The notes: generated from the letters alone by a model not told the origin. Positions 18,357 through 31,437 are shown, numbered from the whole stretch's first letter. The stretch is DNA of 62,712 nucleotides, filler included, from Choristocarpus tenellus KU-1152 (GCA_964200185.2; 7 parts of 7 records of this genome joined end to end with filler, not necessarily neighbours in it); one strand, 5' to 3'. Program-made: numbers and translations.

Positions 18357-20150
18357 ATGATGTCTCTCATTGCTAGTGTAGAGAGGAAACCTGTTGCTTA
18401 TGCCCTGACTGTACAGCCCACGCCCAAGTCGGTGTTGATGTGTATCCCCCTTCATGATCGTCTTGTCTCTGAGTTGGGACCAGCCCCACAGTCTTATGCT
18501 GAGGCTCGAAAGTCTGAATACTGGCCAGTATGGAAAGAGGCTATGTCTAAGGAGTTGGATGGTTTACTGGACACAGGTACCTTCAGTGTTGCAAATGTAC
18601 CCTCTTGGGGAGCAAGGCTGTTGGTTCCAAGTGGGTATTCAAATAGAAGGGTGACTGTTTTGGGATGTTCAGTGGGGCTAAGGCTAGGCTAGTTGCTCAA
18701 GGTTTTGGTCAGGAATATGGCGTTGATTACTTTGAAAACTCTGCCCCCACACCTTCCGCTTCATCAGTTAGGCTAATGGCCAGTATGATCTGCGAGTTGG
18801 ACCTGAGGATGTGGCACCTAGATGTAGAGCAGGCCTTTGTTCAATCTGATCTGGAGGAGGAAGTGTGCATATGCCTCCGACTGGGATGTGGAGATCTCTC
18901 CTATACGACCATACGCCTTCACAGGTCCCTGCATGTGATTTAAAGCAAGCCTCTAGGACTTGGAATGCTAAGCTGGTTTCCACCCTTAAGCGTAATGGTT
19001 TTGAGCAGTGTCTGATTGACCTGTGTATTTTAGACCCAGGAGGGATGGTGTTGTCAAGATAATCCTTGCAGTTCATGTGGATGTCATGATGGTTTTGGTG
19101 TCTGGTGATGATTGCAATGATCTTTGTGCCTCCCTGAATGAAGAGCTCCCCACCAAAAACCTTGGCTTGTTGTCTCAGTTTTCTGGTCGCACTTACACTA
19201 GAGATCGGAAGTGTGGTACTCTCTACATTACCCAGACTAACTACATTGACAGTTTGTGTGAACGTTTTCCCACCCAGTCAACAAGTTCCATCCTTGCTGC
19301 CCCTTCTAGAAAGCTGGGAATTAGGGAAGGATGTACCCTGTTAGAGGATTGCCCTTTTCGTGAGGCAGTTAGGGGGTTGATGTGGGTCAGTAATATGACC
19401 AGGCCAGATGTGGCTAATGCAATGAGAGCTGTAGCCCGTCACTCACATGCTCTAAGTTGTGTCCACTGGAGGAGCTGTGGCCCAGATCCTCAAGTACCTC
19501 AACTGAACGCGGGAGTTGGACCTAACCTATGAGAAAGGAGCAGGACTGAAACTAGTGGCCTATGCTGATTCAGACTTCGCCAATAAGACTTTGACAGACG
19601 CTCTGTATTAGGGAGGGCAGTGATGTGTGGGGAGGGAGCAGTAGCCTGACTTTCTAAGACCCAACGTATCATTGCAAAATCCACTGCAGAGGATGAGTAC
19701 ATAGTCATGGGGGACTGTGTGAAGGAGTTGTTGTCTTTGAGGGGTGTGTTGGAATTTGTTCGACCTATTGTTTCTGGATTTTGTTATGTGGTGTACGAGG
19801 ACAACACAGGGGCAATCGATTTGGCAAATAACTCTTTGAGTTTTGACAGGACCAAGCACATAGATGTGCGACGCCATTTCCTGAGGGACTTGGTAGCACA
19901 CCCGCAAATACAGATCATTCATGTTAACTCAAATGAGCAGCATGCAGACGTACTGACCAAGTCTCTAGCAGAGGAATATATATTTTTTGGAGGCTTGCAG
20001 GGGCTTTGCTGAATTTGGATTATGTTTAGTGGTTTATTTTTTGTTGGATTTTGAATTCTCTGTGTTCGTTTGGACTTTCTTCTTCAGTGAGTTCAGTACC
20101 TAGTTATGTCTAGTGGCCGTTCAGAGTTGTTTCAGCTCAGGAGGGTGTTC
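18357..20150 (+). mobile_element. Ty1/Copia LTR retrotransposon remnant (RT-RNaseH, frameshifted), with probable PPT and 3' LTR start
   Basis: AKARLVAQGFGQEYGVDY, HLDVEQAF, LKQASRTWN, AVHVDV, TRPDVANA, YEDNTGAI, RTKHIDVRRHFLRD, ADVLTKSL; purine tract aggaggg then TG at about 20146. Confidence 0.92.
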
Positions 20151-20389
20151 GAAAAGACTCCTCCAACTGCAACGGCATCACAAGTAGTTGGTTAAACCAT
20201 AGTTCTTGTATACGAATGGATAGGAATTAATTCCATTAAGCATGGTGTTTTGGGGTTGTATGGTCGCCCCCTCTGTTTGGAAATAATCACTTTACAACAT
20301 TTGGTAATACTCCTGTATCTATCTATTCTATCCATACTTGAGCCAGGGGATACTTTAACAGTTGCAACCATATGTCCTTAGTAGCGAAG

Positions 20390-21400
20390 CTTCAAGGTAG
20401 GGTAGGCTTACGTAAGACCCAGTGAATGCATCTCCCAAGTGTGAGCTGCTGCTGTCGTTAGGACTGTCCTGATTATGTCAAAGCCAACCACTGGGCTGAA
20501 CGTGTTGAAGTGGTCCACACCCTCCTGTTGAGTGAAGCCCTGTGCCACCAATCTGGCCTTGAACCCTTTGATGATCCCTTCGGTTCACTGCTTTATCTTC
20601 AATAGAAACTTTGTCTTGACATGTTTCTTTCTCCATGGCAAAACCTCTCCCTCTATGAATGTTCATTGTCCCTCCATCTCCTTCTCCATCGCCAGTTGCC
20701 TTTCTCACACTCCAGGCCCCACGAGCGCACTGATATAGAAGATGTTCTTGATGGTCTAGCGTAGCGTTGCCTGCCAGACCCAATAAACAGTATGCTTCAT
20801 CAGTGTTTGCCCTAAGTTAAATATGTTGTCGTCTAAGTCTCTTCTCGTCCCTGAATGTAAACCTCTATAGTCCACCCAGGGTTGCTCACCCAGCCTGGCG
20901 GATTTCTGTCTAGGAGAGTTGTGCTCGGATGCCGATGTTTCTCGTGAGTTGGACTCTGTAACATCGCTTGAGTCCTCAACAGAACCCCACTCAGATTCCC
21001 TGTCTGTGCTGTACTTGTCTTGTTCACCGTACTCATTCAGAAAGATTCCCTATGCCCCAACAAAGTCCATGGTGCGCTCCTCCGGTTCGTAGGTTACATG
21101 CACTGAAGTGACTAGCTTGCCTTTCTGAGGAAGCCATACATTATGATCGTGTCCCACTAGCACTCCCCCCTTGGTATAGGTATGAAACTTCAATGAAGCT
21201 CCACATTGCTGCTTTGTCTGATGTACTTAGCACTCACTCCCCCAGACTCTCAACCTGTCGTAGTTGAATGGCTTTCCTGTGAGTTGTTCGTAAGGTGTCT
21301 CCCCACCCAGGTACTCGTGCGGCATCCCTCTAGTTTTGAATGCCACGTCTATTATGGCAAAATAAACAGTACTCATCGCCTAGTCCTGCTTTCAGCAGTT
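20390..21400 (-). mobile_element. Second Ty1/Copia remnant (end of integrase to start of RT), opposite strand
   Basis: Manual minus-strand translation gives GETPYEQLTGKPFNYDRLRVWG, VWLPQKGKLVTSVHVTYE and FKARLVAQGFTQQEGVDHFNTFSPVV, with stops and frameshifts. Confidence 0.85.
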
Positions 21401-21408
21401 GGCTCCTT

Positions 21409-21478
21409 GACTCAAAGTATCTGGGAGGGGGTAGCGGCTGTCCATTTGGGGTCAATTTTTTCATGTCGCGAGTTTTGG
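21409..21478. mobile_element. MITE family A, partial (runs into gap)
   Basis: gactcaaagtatctggg...ggctgtccatttggggtcaatttttt matches the copies at 52730 and 58351. Confidence 0.8.
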
Positions 21479-21607
21479 NNNNNNNNNNNNNNNNNNNNNN
21501 NNNNNNNNNNNNNNNNNNNNNNTTAATTAATTAANNNNNNNNNNNNNNNNNNNNNNNNNNNNNNNNNNNNNNNNNNNNACGGAGAGAGGGGGGGGGGAAG
21601 TAGTTAT

Positions 21608-21646
<39 letters not shown>

Positions 21647-21782
21647 TATCACAACAGTGTTTTTTTGGAGTGGGGAAGTTGTCCTGATCTCTGAACTACA
21701 ACAAACGGATTGTGAGTTCAAGAAGTCGATAAGGGCAATAACAACAAGATGCACAAATTATCATCATTAATTAATATGTTGG

Positions 21783-22034
21783 GAGTCCAAGTAAACGAGA
21801 GGTGCACAGGTTTTGGACGTTTCGTGTTTGAAGTCAGTTTTTTCGATTTTTTGCAATTCATCCATATTTCTATGAAGTGCTAAATTTGACTTGAAAGTGT
21901 TTTTTTCTCTATTTTATTGTACTTTTTCGACAGGATTCGGAAGAGTTCCAATACCCATCTGTAGAATTGACCAAGTTTTGCACGTACTTTTCAGCATCCT
22001 GATCATGCAACTCTGAGTACCTTTCGTTTGGCTC
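21783..22034. mobile_element. MITE family B (about 250 bp, TIR GAGYCAAAGTAAACGAGAGGTAC)
   Basis: Aligns to 22816-23080 and 43984-44235; degenerate inverted ends. Confidence 0.75.
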
Positions 22035-22815
22035 TGCCTACACCACGATGCCCAAGTACAGTGCCCTCTTGATCAAGTCTGGGAGGAGCGATAATGGTGG
22101 TAGTGACACCATACAGAGAATGCGTCTACACATGATATTAAGACAGTGGGTTGGACACTGAAAACCTGCCAAGTGAAATGATGTGATGGATGTGTGCTAC
22201 GAAGGACTTCCCCCACGGGGGCAAATTATTTGTGAGTGGGTATGCAAAATTGTGATAATCGGATTCCCTGTCAAAAGTGGCTGGGTAGGACCTTTCACTG
22301 ACCGCATTTTGCTAAGTAGTAGACCCTCCGTTACAGCACTGAACAAGATTATGGTGACTAGACGACCCCTTTGTGTTCCTACCAATTAACTACCTGTCAA
22401 CGAAAGGACTGCCCGATGTGTAGAATGTAAACAATCCTATGTCCTACACATGAAAATACTATGGGGATCATATGTGGAAAAACTTGTCTCCTAAGACAAA
22501 ATGGCAGGCATTCATTTCCCTATAATGTGTGCTTCTTGGTGGTAACACCCCTCGATTTTGCGATAACCATGATGCTCAAGCAACTCTATACAGTGTTGAA
22601 GAGTACAATGTGCAGTATTCAGTAAGTACACATGTATGTTGCCAGCATGAGTTCATGTGAAACTATATTTCAAGTCCCTGCATGTTGTAGCAAGTAGGTG
22701 GCTGGACCTGATGTTGGTGAGTAGAGAAAATAACTTGAGATATAGATAGAATCACCAGTAACACAATATGGGCCTTCAGAATCAAAATTTGAATGCCCAC
22801 CAAGTTCTGAGTAGT

Positions 22816-23080
22816 GAGTCAAAGTAAACGTGAGGTGTCCAGGTTTTGCCCATTTTGCATTTTAAGCCAGTTTTTCATTATTTTTCAATTCACCCACATT
22901 TCTATGGATGAAGTTCTATCTTTGATTTGAAAGCGTTGATTTCTCTTTGTTGTTTTAAACTTTTCCTACACAACTCGGAAAACATCCTACACACATTATT
23001 TGTAAAAAATGCCGAATCTTGCATATATTTGTTAGCATCCTTCAAATGCAACTCTGGGTACCTCTCATTTACTTTGACTC
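22816..23080. mobile_element. MITE family B, best preserved copy
   Basis: Left gagtcaaagtaaacgtgaggt, right acctctcatttactttgactc; AGT on both flanks. Confidence 0.85.
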
Positions 23081-23444
23081 AGTCCATGACTATTACTACT
23101 TCAGCCACACCCGTTACGTGGCACTTAGTTTTAACATCAATTATGAACCAAGCAAATCGATGAGGGTATACTTCTCGTTCAGATGGTTGTACACACGAGC
23201 ATTTTCAAAGCATAGGTGTGCCCTCAACTTAGAGAAGTAATCTCCCGCTTTATGTGCATATATGATCCACGCCAATATTGAAATATCTTCTTGTATGCTA
23301 CTTTCATGAAAGAGTCCAGAGGCGTTTACACCTGCAAGTAGTGCTATGTATCAGTACATTGTTAAGGTCCCACGTGAGATGGTGAATCGTATATAAAGTG
23401 CAAATGGGTTGGCTGAATCAGAAGTGGTTTGATGTCGACCTATT

Positions 23445-24334
23445 TCAGTACACCAGCCAATGAAGAGCTGCTTCCAGCACTCTATTGATGGTTAGCTTCT
23501 CCCTTCTCTGCCCGTTTGAAGTTTCTGGCAAGGAATAAGCTACTCTTGAAGTGGTGGTGTGAGACAGAAAATTGTGGTGCGTCATGCATCATCGGCTGAC
23601 ACACAAAAACTCTAGCACAGTTACCTTCTCAGAAATGTTGGCAAGCACGCAAAATACACACATCACACAACATGCATGCGCAAATATTGAGATTCAACAA
23701 TTACTTTGGGGTAACTGAAAAGCGTACACAACACCCATTAAAATGATGTAAGAGACGGCAAGTATTACATCCCCTCCTGAATGCAGAATGTTCCATACTT
23801 GAATTAGGCTTGTTGAACCTCTTCTGCTCTTACTCTTGAGGCACTCTGGGATGTTGAAATAGGATATCGTTGTCTCTTATCTTGAATCCTGTAGGCAACA
23901 GTAGAGGAAATATGAGAGGATTGTACGCAAACCCCTATCACGATACCACCTCCACAAGTATCAATGTTTACTGAGATCATAAGATCCGTGACAATAATGT
24001 GGTAGAAAGTGGAAGTATTGAGTATAGACTGCACTATAAAAGGCCTCCCTGTACTTACACTGGTAGTCGGGGACTTATTGCCCCACCAACCAAAATATTT
24101 TACCTAGGACAGTATTGATGGCCAGTCTTGTAGTGTTGTTTGTTGCATGACAACGAATTGCCACAGCATTGGCTACAGTTAACACGGCCTTAGACAAGAT
24201 TTGCGCAATTCTTGACACATCAAAGGTGACTAATTTTCTCCAGGCAGGGAAACACATTCGGATAACATTGTCAACAATGTGTTGGGACACATAGCTTACA
24301 ATGCCACAGCCATTCCTACGGCTTTCACCTCTCC
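23445..24334 (-). CDS. Putative three-exon chain of unknown function (24104-24334, 23834-23888, 23445-23544)
   Basis: Acceptors catcttccccctgcag, gttgcctacag, ccacttcaag and donors gtaaaa, gtaaga give phase-compatible exons and one open frame ending RVLEAALHWLVY*; no known homology, no start exon identified. Confidence 0.3.
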
Positions 24335-24668
24335 CTGCAGGGGGAAGATGCAGTGGTAGGAATTGTGACCCTGGCAAAGTACCTGCCAATTTCTTGTGCT
24401 TGGGTGAAATTCGACGTGGAAGTAGGGCGTTGTAGTCTTCATTGTTTTAGTAATACTCCTCTCAAGAGAAAAGAACCGTACATCATCTTTGTATTGATAC
24501 TGTTAATCTCAAGATTTTTACACCAAGAAGGGCAGGGCTAAGTATTTCGAGGGCACACTGCCTGTGGTGTCACTCATTTAAAAGGGAGTAAGGGTGGCAG
24601 GCGGGGTTATAACTCTAGTCCTAAACAGTCTTACATGCATGCACACCGAGGAACATGGTCTCTGGTCC

Positions 24669-25664
24669 TTAGTCACACATGTAGCATTTTCCCCCACAAG
24701 TTTGACAACGCAATCTTTTGTACCCCACACAAGCTGTGCAAGTAACAGCCACCTGATGTTCACCCCCAGGACTGGATCGCAGCAATATCCCCTTTCCATT
24801 GCATTCCGGACATGTTGTAAAACCTGAACCCCCACAAGTGGGACAGTGCTCCACTGCCCCTGTGCCTTCATGCAATGCTACCCAGTCCTCTTCCGAAGAC
24901 GAACCTTCTATCCCAGATTTACCATTCCTGTGAGCCATTTTGGCATCCCTTCTGACTTTTCCTCCAAGGGCGTCCAAATCCCCCCCCTCCCACGTCGCCA
25001 CGTTCACTCGACAAAATATTGCACGGCGACTTAATCTAGATAACATATTCCTCTCCGCCAGCCTGCGAAAGACAGGAGCCAAGTACAAGCATTTCCTACA
25101 CCATGGAGCGTGGAATTCGACCACCACCACTTCAGGACCACCTTCGCAACCTAGCATGTTCAAGACACCACGGAGGTGATGTTTTGACTCGATTTCAAGT
25201 AAGGCACCCCCACTACTCGATCTATCTGATGGACCACAAGGAGGATCGCAGTCAAAATCTTGATCTGAAACGAATTCCCCAAGCTTGTCCTCGAGTTTGG
25301 CTCTGCATGCGGTGGCAACAGTGCCCCCTCTCACATCCTCTCTCATGATAGACCCACTCTCTCTCCCATCAATGCCGAAGAAGGAAAATGTAGGTATTTT
25401 CATTACGTCAACATCGATTGTATCGAAGGCTTCTTCCAGCTCGATCACTCGTCCAGTATCACTGCCTTCTGACGTCTTCGGATCGGTCTTGTGCGCAGAC
25501 GACTCATCAGTCTCCTCGTGTCCGTCCAGGTTTTTCCATGCTGATGCATCAAATATTCCACTGCCGTTATGAAGACGTGTTTCACGGCATCGAAAGAAAC
25601 CACTACGGGGATGTAGCGCTGGGAACAGGATCCCAGTGCCAGCAAGGACTCCAAGAAGCTTCAT
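24669..25664 (-). CDS. Thioredoxin-like protein (WCRKC active site) with C-terminal DnaJ-type cysteine-rich zinc finger; probably plastid-targeted
   Basis: 331-aa uninterrupted ORF; VVVEFHAPWCRKC; CPTCGGSG, CPECNGKG, CTACVG, CQTCGGKCYMC; hydrophobic N-terminus followed by SGFF and a basic stretch. Confidence 0.88.
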   Translation of the reverse strand: MKLLGVLAGTGILFPALHPRSGFFRCRETRLHNGSGIFDASAWKNLDGHEETDESSAHKTDPKTSEGSDTGRVIELEEAFDTIDVDVMKIPTFSFFGIDGRESGSIMREDVRGGTVATACRAKLEDKLGEFVSDQDFDCDPPCGPSDRSSSGGALLEIESKHHLRGVLNMLGCEGGPEVVVVEFHAPWCRKCLYLAPVFRRLAERNMLSRLSRRAIFCRVNVATWEGGDLDALGGKVRRDAKMAHRNGKSGIEGSSSEEDWVALHEGTGAVEHCPTCGGSGFTTCPECNGKGILLRSSPGGEHQVAVTCTACVGYKRLRCQTCGGKCYMCD

Positions 25665-25804
25665 ACATCTACACTATTCGTTGTATACGATAAACTTGGT
25701 TCATTTTTCCTCCGATGTATTTTCTCTTAACACATCTCCAAAAGATGTCATTGGGCATAATAATATATTTCCTCGCATTACCAATAAGTTTTACCGTTTA
25801 TTGT

Positions 25805-25850
25805 TCTGATAAAGTCGAGGTCCCGAGTTCAAGCCTCGGCGTTAGTACCA
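25805..25850 (+). pseudogene. 3' half of the tRNA-Ile(GAT)-like sequence, ending in CCA
   Basis: tctgataaagtcgaggtcccgagttcaagcctcggcgttagta-cca matches anticodon loop to discriminator of 168-240. Confidence 0.7.
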
Positions 25851-26960
25851 CTATAGAAGTGTGAAGGCGCCAAAGGTTTCTGTAAAAGGGGACAATCACC
25901 GTCACCAGATTGAACTCTTCTATCACAATGGGTGAGACCAAGTTTCTCAGGTCTTGGCCCAGCATCCTAAAGTCAGTTGAGGAAATTCAGTACAGAACCA
26001 AACCTTCGTGCACAACACATGCCACAGAATGACTGAGCAACGTCACAGGAGGAAAATGGATCAGTCAGAATCGGAATGGATCTTCGTTCTGACCGTCCTC
26101 CTGACTGTTTGGTTAAATCCGGATCTTATGGGTGAGTCTGATTTTGGGGACTGGTCGATATGGGCAAATTTAATGATGTGGTTAGCACATGCATATGGAT
26201 ATGGCCGCGCGCTATACCCACAAAGTGTGTGTGGGCGATCACAAAAAAGAGACCTGTCACTGACAGCCGCATGATTCTATTGCATAAACATTATCACCAT
26301 GAGTGGATACCATACGCGTAAATTGGCAACAATGGTTTGGAAGTGGATACGCAGCAAGTCACTGTGCAGTCATGGTTTGATGACAATGTGTTTGCATGGA
26401 GTTGGTGTGGCAATAAGGTGGTGGTGTGACGTCAGTTTATGAGGAGTGGACCTCTCGCCATCCTCTTGTAGGTAACACACAGAGTAGATATATGCCCCAG
26501 AATTGTCCACGTCAACATCGCGGGCCTCCCCCTGCACAATAGCATTCCCACTTTCGCATAGCATGAAACGGAAGGGTTACGGGTTGTGCAGATTAAGATG
26601 GAAGTTACATTTGTTTGATAGGATAATTGGAAGAGACACCGTGATACTCATATGTGGGGTTCGGTAGATTATTTGGTATTTCAACATTCTGGAAGGATCG
26701 ATATTCTAAGATAAGTTTTATTGCATTATTCAGGCGTTTATTATCTTACAATAATATGTGTAACTAGTAGTCTGCCCACCTATAAATATTTTATCACATC
26801 TTCTTTGTTACATTTCAACCATGTGACTCTGCGCTCTAGCAATGGGGACACTGTGAGGGTTCCACCTCCTTCCTCTCCTGACTTGTGTACAAGGAGTTTC
26901 ATATGAGGCTCACTCTCTATCTCTATAGTCTCCACACCCATAAACTGTAACTATGAAATT

Positions 26961-27168
26961 GAGCCAAAGTAAAGTAAGCTAGAGGTACCCGGTAGTGTTG
27001 CAATTTATGGATGAATATCCAAATTCGTCCTTTTTTACAAATAAATGCTTATTATAGAGACTTTTCTGAATTCTCCCAAAAACTTTCGAACAATAGAGAA
27101 ATATATGAAAAAAGGGGGCTTAAATGCAAAACGACTTAAACTTGGGTACCCCTCGTTTGCTTTGGTCC
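26961..27168. mobile_element. MITE family B, internally deleted copy
   Basis: gagccaaagtaaa...agaggtaccc at left, gggtacccctcgtttgctttgg at right. Confidence 0.7.
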
Positions 27169-28197
27169 AGCTGCAATGGTAAGGACAAAACGAAGACGCT
27201 TTCAGACAAACTTGCGTATATGGAGGACGAAAAGCAATCTTCTTGTCAATACTTGCTTCGGACACAGGGATTTGGTTGTAGTATACTGATTGGACATCTG
27301 ATCTGTAGCGGAACAGGACTTTGCTGCACCAGTGGAATCGAGAGTCTATGGGCACACGCTTAGTGGATTTCGTAAGTTGCTTGTCCGTAGTCCTTTGGTA
27401 ATCAATGCAAAATCTACGATTGATTGATTTTTATTTGCTTCGGCAACAATGGTGTCTGGAGAACCCCAAGAGGTAGGGTGTGCTCCAATCCCCCTTCATT
27501 TTGCAACTCTTCGATGTCCTAACCAATGACTCTTCTCACATACAAAATATTATATATCATATGAGTTGACGTGATATTAACGCGCCTGATCAGCCGGAGG
27601 AGATCTGGTGCAGGGCTCAAACTTAAGGGAATCTGCTTCAGTTATCATCGTGCAAGTTCCCAATTCTGAGGCATGATGAAGGGAAAACACTGAACGAAGT
27701 CCTACACAGAGGAGACCCATCAATCAAAGTGTTTCTTACACTTGGGCTGGAGAGATTATTGCATTTCAGTTGAAAGCAGATTCAGGGCAGTGTCAAGATG
27801 GGCTCATTCAGTTTGTGCCAGAGGGTGTGTTGACAATAGAGGATAATTGATTTGGGTAGATAGTGCAAGGCTTCATTGCGGAGCGACACGGAGGTAGGTC
27901 CAGGCGGGTCCAGCACACGATTTCAATATTGAGGGAGGAGACGAAACAATAAGTGGTAGGGTGGCTAAGCCAAATGTGCGAAGCAAGGCACGGATGGAGG
28001 CATTAGAATCGGTCGTAGTATGTCAGGTAGTAGCAGAACAGTAATGAGAAGCACAATAGCATAATAAATAGTGTCTCTAAGTATGGGTCAGGAAAGTCCC
28101 TACACTAAAGTGAAGATAAATATTATATGGTTATAATGATGGTCGTTGTCACGCCCTAACTAACAACATTCTTCGTGATTTCTTCAATTTGTCCATT

Positions 28198-31055
28198 ATG
28201 TTGCAGCCTTCAGGCAACATTTACAGGTAAGTTCCCTTGCTTACATCTAGTACTACATACTGGGCAGGGGTGTATCTCTTAGAGATAGTTGACTATTGGT
28301 TTTCACTTATAGTCCTTTGTACACCAGTATTCCTAGGCAATCTGACCGTGTTCATGCCTGTCTTCTGTTCAAACATTTATTGACATCGATAAAAATGTTA
28401 GGGTCTTCTGTTCATGAGTGCTTACAAAAATTGCGCGCCGCGCCATTTCCCAATCGTCCAGAACGCGCGATATACTATCCGATAAAATATCAAAATCAAA
28501 TGAGTAGAAGTGGGAGTACAAGTACTGTTTGTAACATTCGTTTGTGGTCTGAGGCACCTATAGTGTTTCTTGCAGGTTTGAGGGACCCTGCTACGCCATG
28601 CTGGATAAGGCCAATGGAAAGGCTAGGGCCAAGAGTAAGGTCTCTGGGATCCAATCTAGTGGCAAGCCCAAGACCGGAAGCTTCCAATCAATGGGGCTTA
28701 GTCATGAACTCTTTCGTGGGGTGAGAATGCATCATCTCACTCGAGTATTTTCTTCCTCTGCTGAGCATTGTTGGCATGGGTAGGAGTGTTTTGAATACTT
28801 GGTGCTTTATCCTTGGACTTTCGGTTCTTCTTTGGCTGGCAATAGATCTGTGCTGCTCTTGCTGACCTACTGCGCTGTCGACTCTACTTTGCGAACGACT
28901 GACCACCAGGTCATGGCAATGGGATATAAGGTCCCAACTCCCGTGCAACGTAAGTCTTTGCCCGTCTCACTCTCTGGTGCGGACGTGGTAGTGATGGCAA
29001 GGACGGGATCTGGTAAGACTGCAGCCTTTCTCATCCCAGCCCTACAAAAGCTGGGAGGGCACAGCCCAAAGGTGGGCGTCCGTTGCGTCGTCCTCTCGCC
29101 GACACGAGAGCTGGCTGTGCAGGTGAGGATCGTTTCTGGTACTTATATGATAACTGATGGACCGTTTCTATGTATTGGTGATAATATTGACGTCAACCCA
29201 GTGGAAGAACCAACACATCAACATTTCGAGTTAGTAAGCAATCAAGGATGCTGCTTGTGACCTGTGACATTTCTCGAGATACCTTTGCCTTACGCAAGGC
29301 TTTCCTATTGACGTGGTGGTGTGGACAGGAAGGCTAATTATGTAGCAAGGGTGGCATGGTGCAGTAGCTCCTAACTTATAGTATGTGAATCGAAGACGAA
29401 CGATTATTTGTATGTCGGTTCCGTGAGCATCTGTGCGATGAGACCGAAAAGGTTTCAAAACACTTGCTCCTCTCTATGACCATAAACTCTCTAGCTTCAG
29501 TCCAGAGACTAGGCACATAACTTTGCAATGACCTAATCTTACACACGTTTAAGCTACACCAATGCGCCGTCTACGGGGCAAGCCAACTCCTCATCTCTAT
29601 AATCCAATTTTATAACCCAATTTTGAACCACCACCACGAGAGAGCAGACGCTGTCGTTTGCCCGGAAAATGGCCAAGTTTACAGGGCTGCACCTGGCACT
29701 CCTGGTGGGTGGTGATAGCATGGAGAGCCAATTCAATGCCTTGGCTAATAACCCAGACATTATTATTGCCACTCCAGGACGGCTAATGCACCACCTTCAG
29801 GTGAACCATGTCATAGTTTTTAGGAAGACATTGCTACTGCCCTATCCTACACTGTACAGATTGGTTGAAAACCATTGCAAGTACAGTAACACAATAATTA
29901 GTCGGGGTGAGGGGAGGTGTCTCATAGGGCCATACTTTCTCATGAGGAAACTGGATCTGCACTTGAAAAGTTGTAAACTGCGACTATACTGCTCCTCGCG
30001 AAAAACTATTTTTTCAGACTCTTGAGAAATTTTGCTATTGATCGCGCTTCTTTTGCCTTAACAACTAATCAGGTTTTCACCACATGCCACCATGTGGTCC
30101 ACATGTTAATTTGTACATTCAGTAAGTCACATTGCACGATTGGCTTTAGTGGTGCTTTTCAAGATTCTGTCCTCTTTGTTCAGAAATTTTTGAAACGAGG
30201 TATGGCTCGTGTGAAGAAGACGTGCCAATCACACTCACCCCTGATGATCCCGTCATACGCTATCTCTTTTGCGGTATTCGTTTTTTTGCATGTAACCAAC
30301 TTTGCTGCCTTCAACCGGTGTGCCAGAACACACCCCTGTTTTGTTTTTTTTTTCTTCTCGTCCTAGACTTAAAAAAAAAACTTTTAAAAAACTTTATTTT
30401 ACATGCAGTTTGTGTGCAGGCTGCCATCGCGTTGAACTCGGTTAGACACTGTGTTGTCACGTGGAACATGCATTGCCTAACAGTGAAGTATGGTTTCATT
30501 TTGTGGGTACAGGTGGAGAGCTAGGCGTAGGTGTAAGTATTTCGAACCGAAAGGATTTACTGTTGGAATTTGATTGGGTGCTACAAAATTTCGATTCGTT
30601 TGATTGGACTGTTAGTGTACAAGGTGACGTGCACGGAAACACTCGTGTAGGTGGGGTGTCATGAGTCAAATGCACCCTGGGTTGAATGGAGCAGATCTGG
30701 AGCCGTGAATGTGTCTTGAGTTGTGGGTAGTGACACCCTGTGAAAAATGCACTAGGTTTTGTGGTTCTGGGATGTGTGAGGCGTCGGGTCATGCTTGTGT
30801 TTGTATTGTGATTTCAAAAAAAAAAGAAACTGAAATACCGAACCTTTTAAATTCAGTTTTTTGTGTTGTTCCAATTTGATCAATTTGATTATTTTGATTA
30901 ATTTGATTAACCAACTAAAAGCGATTGAACCACTGTCACGGTTTTTTGCACCATTAATTTGTGATGTGAGATGTTAACAGTGCAAAACCCCTTGACACGT
31001 GTTTCTTACACACTTAATCAAACACACACACCCACACACGCACACACGCACACAC

Positions 31056-31095
<40 letters not shown>

Positions 31096-31437
31096 AAAAA
31101 AATAAATTACAAGACACACACACACTTTCTCAACTCCAAAGGAATTAGAAAATAAATGCAAACGAAAACGTAAAACCAGGAAGTGCCGGAGTTCACCCTC
31201 CACACGGTGGAGTCGATCGTTTTCGATGAGGCGGACCGGCTCTTCGAGATGGGATTTGCTGAACAGCTACGAGAGATCATGAGGGGGGTCCCAGAGCAGC
31301 GCCAGTCACTGCTTTTTTCCGCCACCATGCCGAAGCAGTTGGTACAGTTTGCAAGGGCAGGTCTGAAGGACCCGGTCCTGATCCGGTTGGACACGGAGAG
31401 CAAGATCAGCACTGAACTCAGGTGCAGTTTTATGTTG
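28198..31437 (+). CDS. DDX54: DEAD-box RNA helicase DDX54/DBP10, 5' part. Exons: 28198-28226 (tentative), 28576-28720 (ATG 28598), 28910-29122, 29648-29800, 31180-31437; 3' part not on this contig
   Basis: [107 protein letters not shown]; GT-AG boundaries in frame. Confidence 0.92.
31021..31092. repeat. Compound (CA)n(CT)n microsatellite in DDX54 intron
   Basis: Directly visible; other simple repeats at 31750-31812 (TAT/TAA) and 32040-32128 (TG). Confidence 0.9.

Noticed and set aside
21579-21645. Poly-G run / poly-proline ORF
   Set aside because: At a contig edge; probably a homopolymer or sequencing artefact like the G-runs in MITE A where other contigs break.
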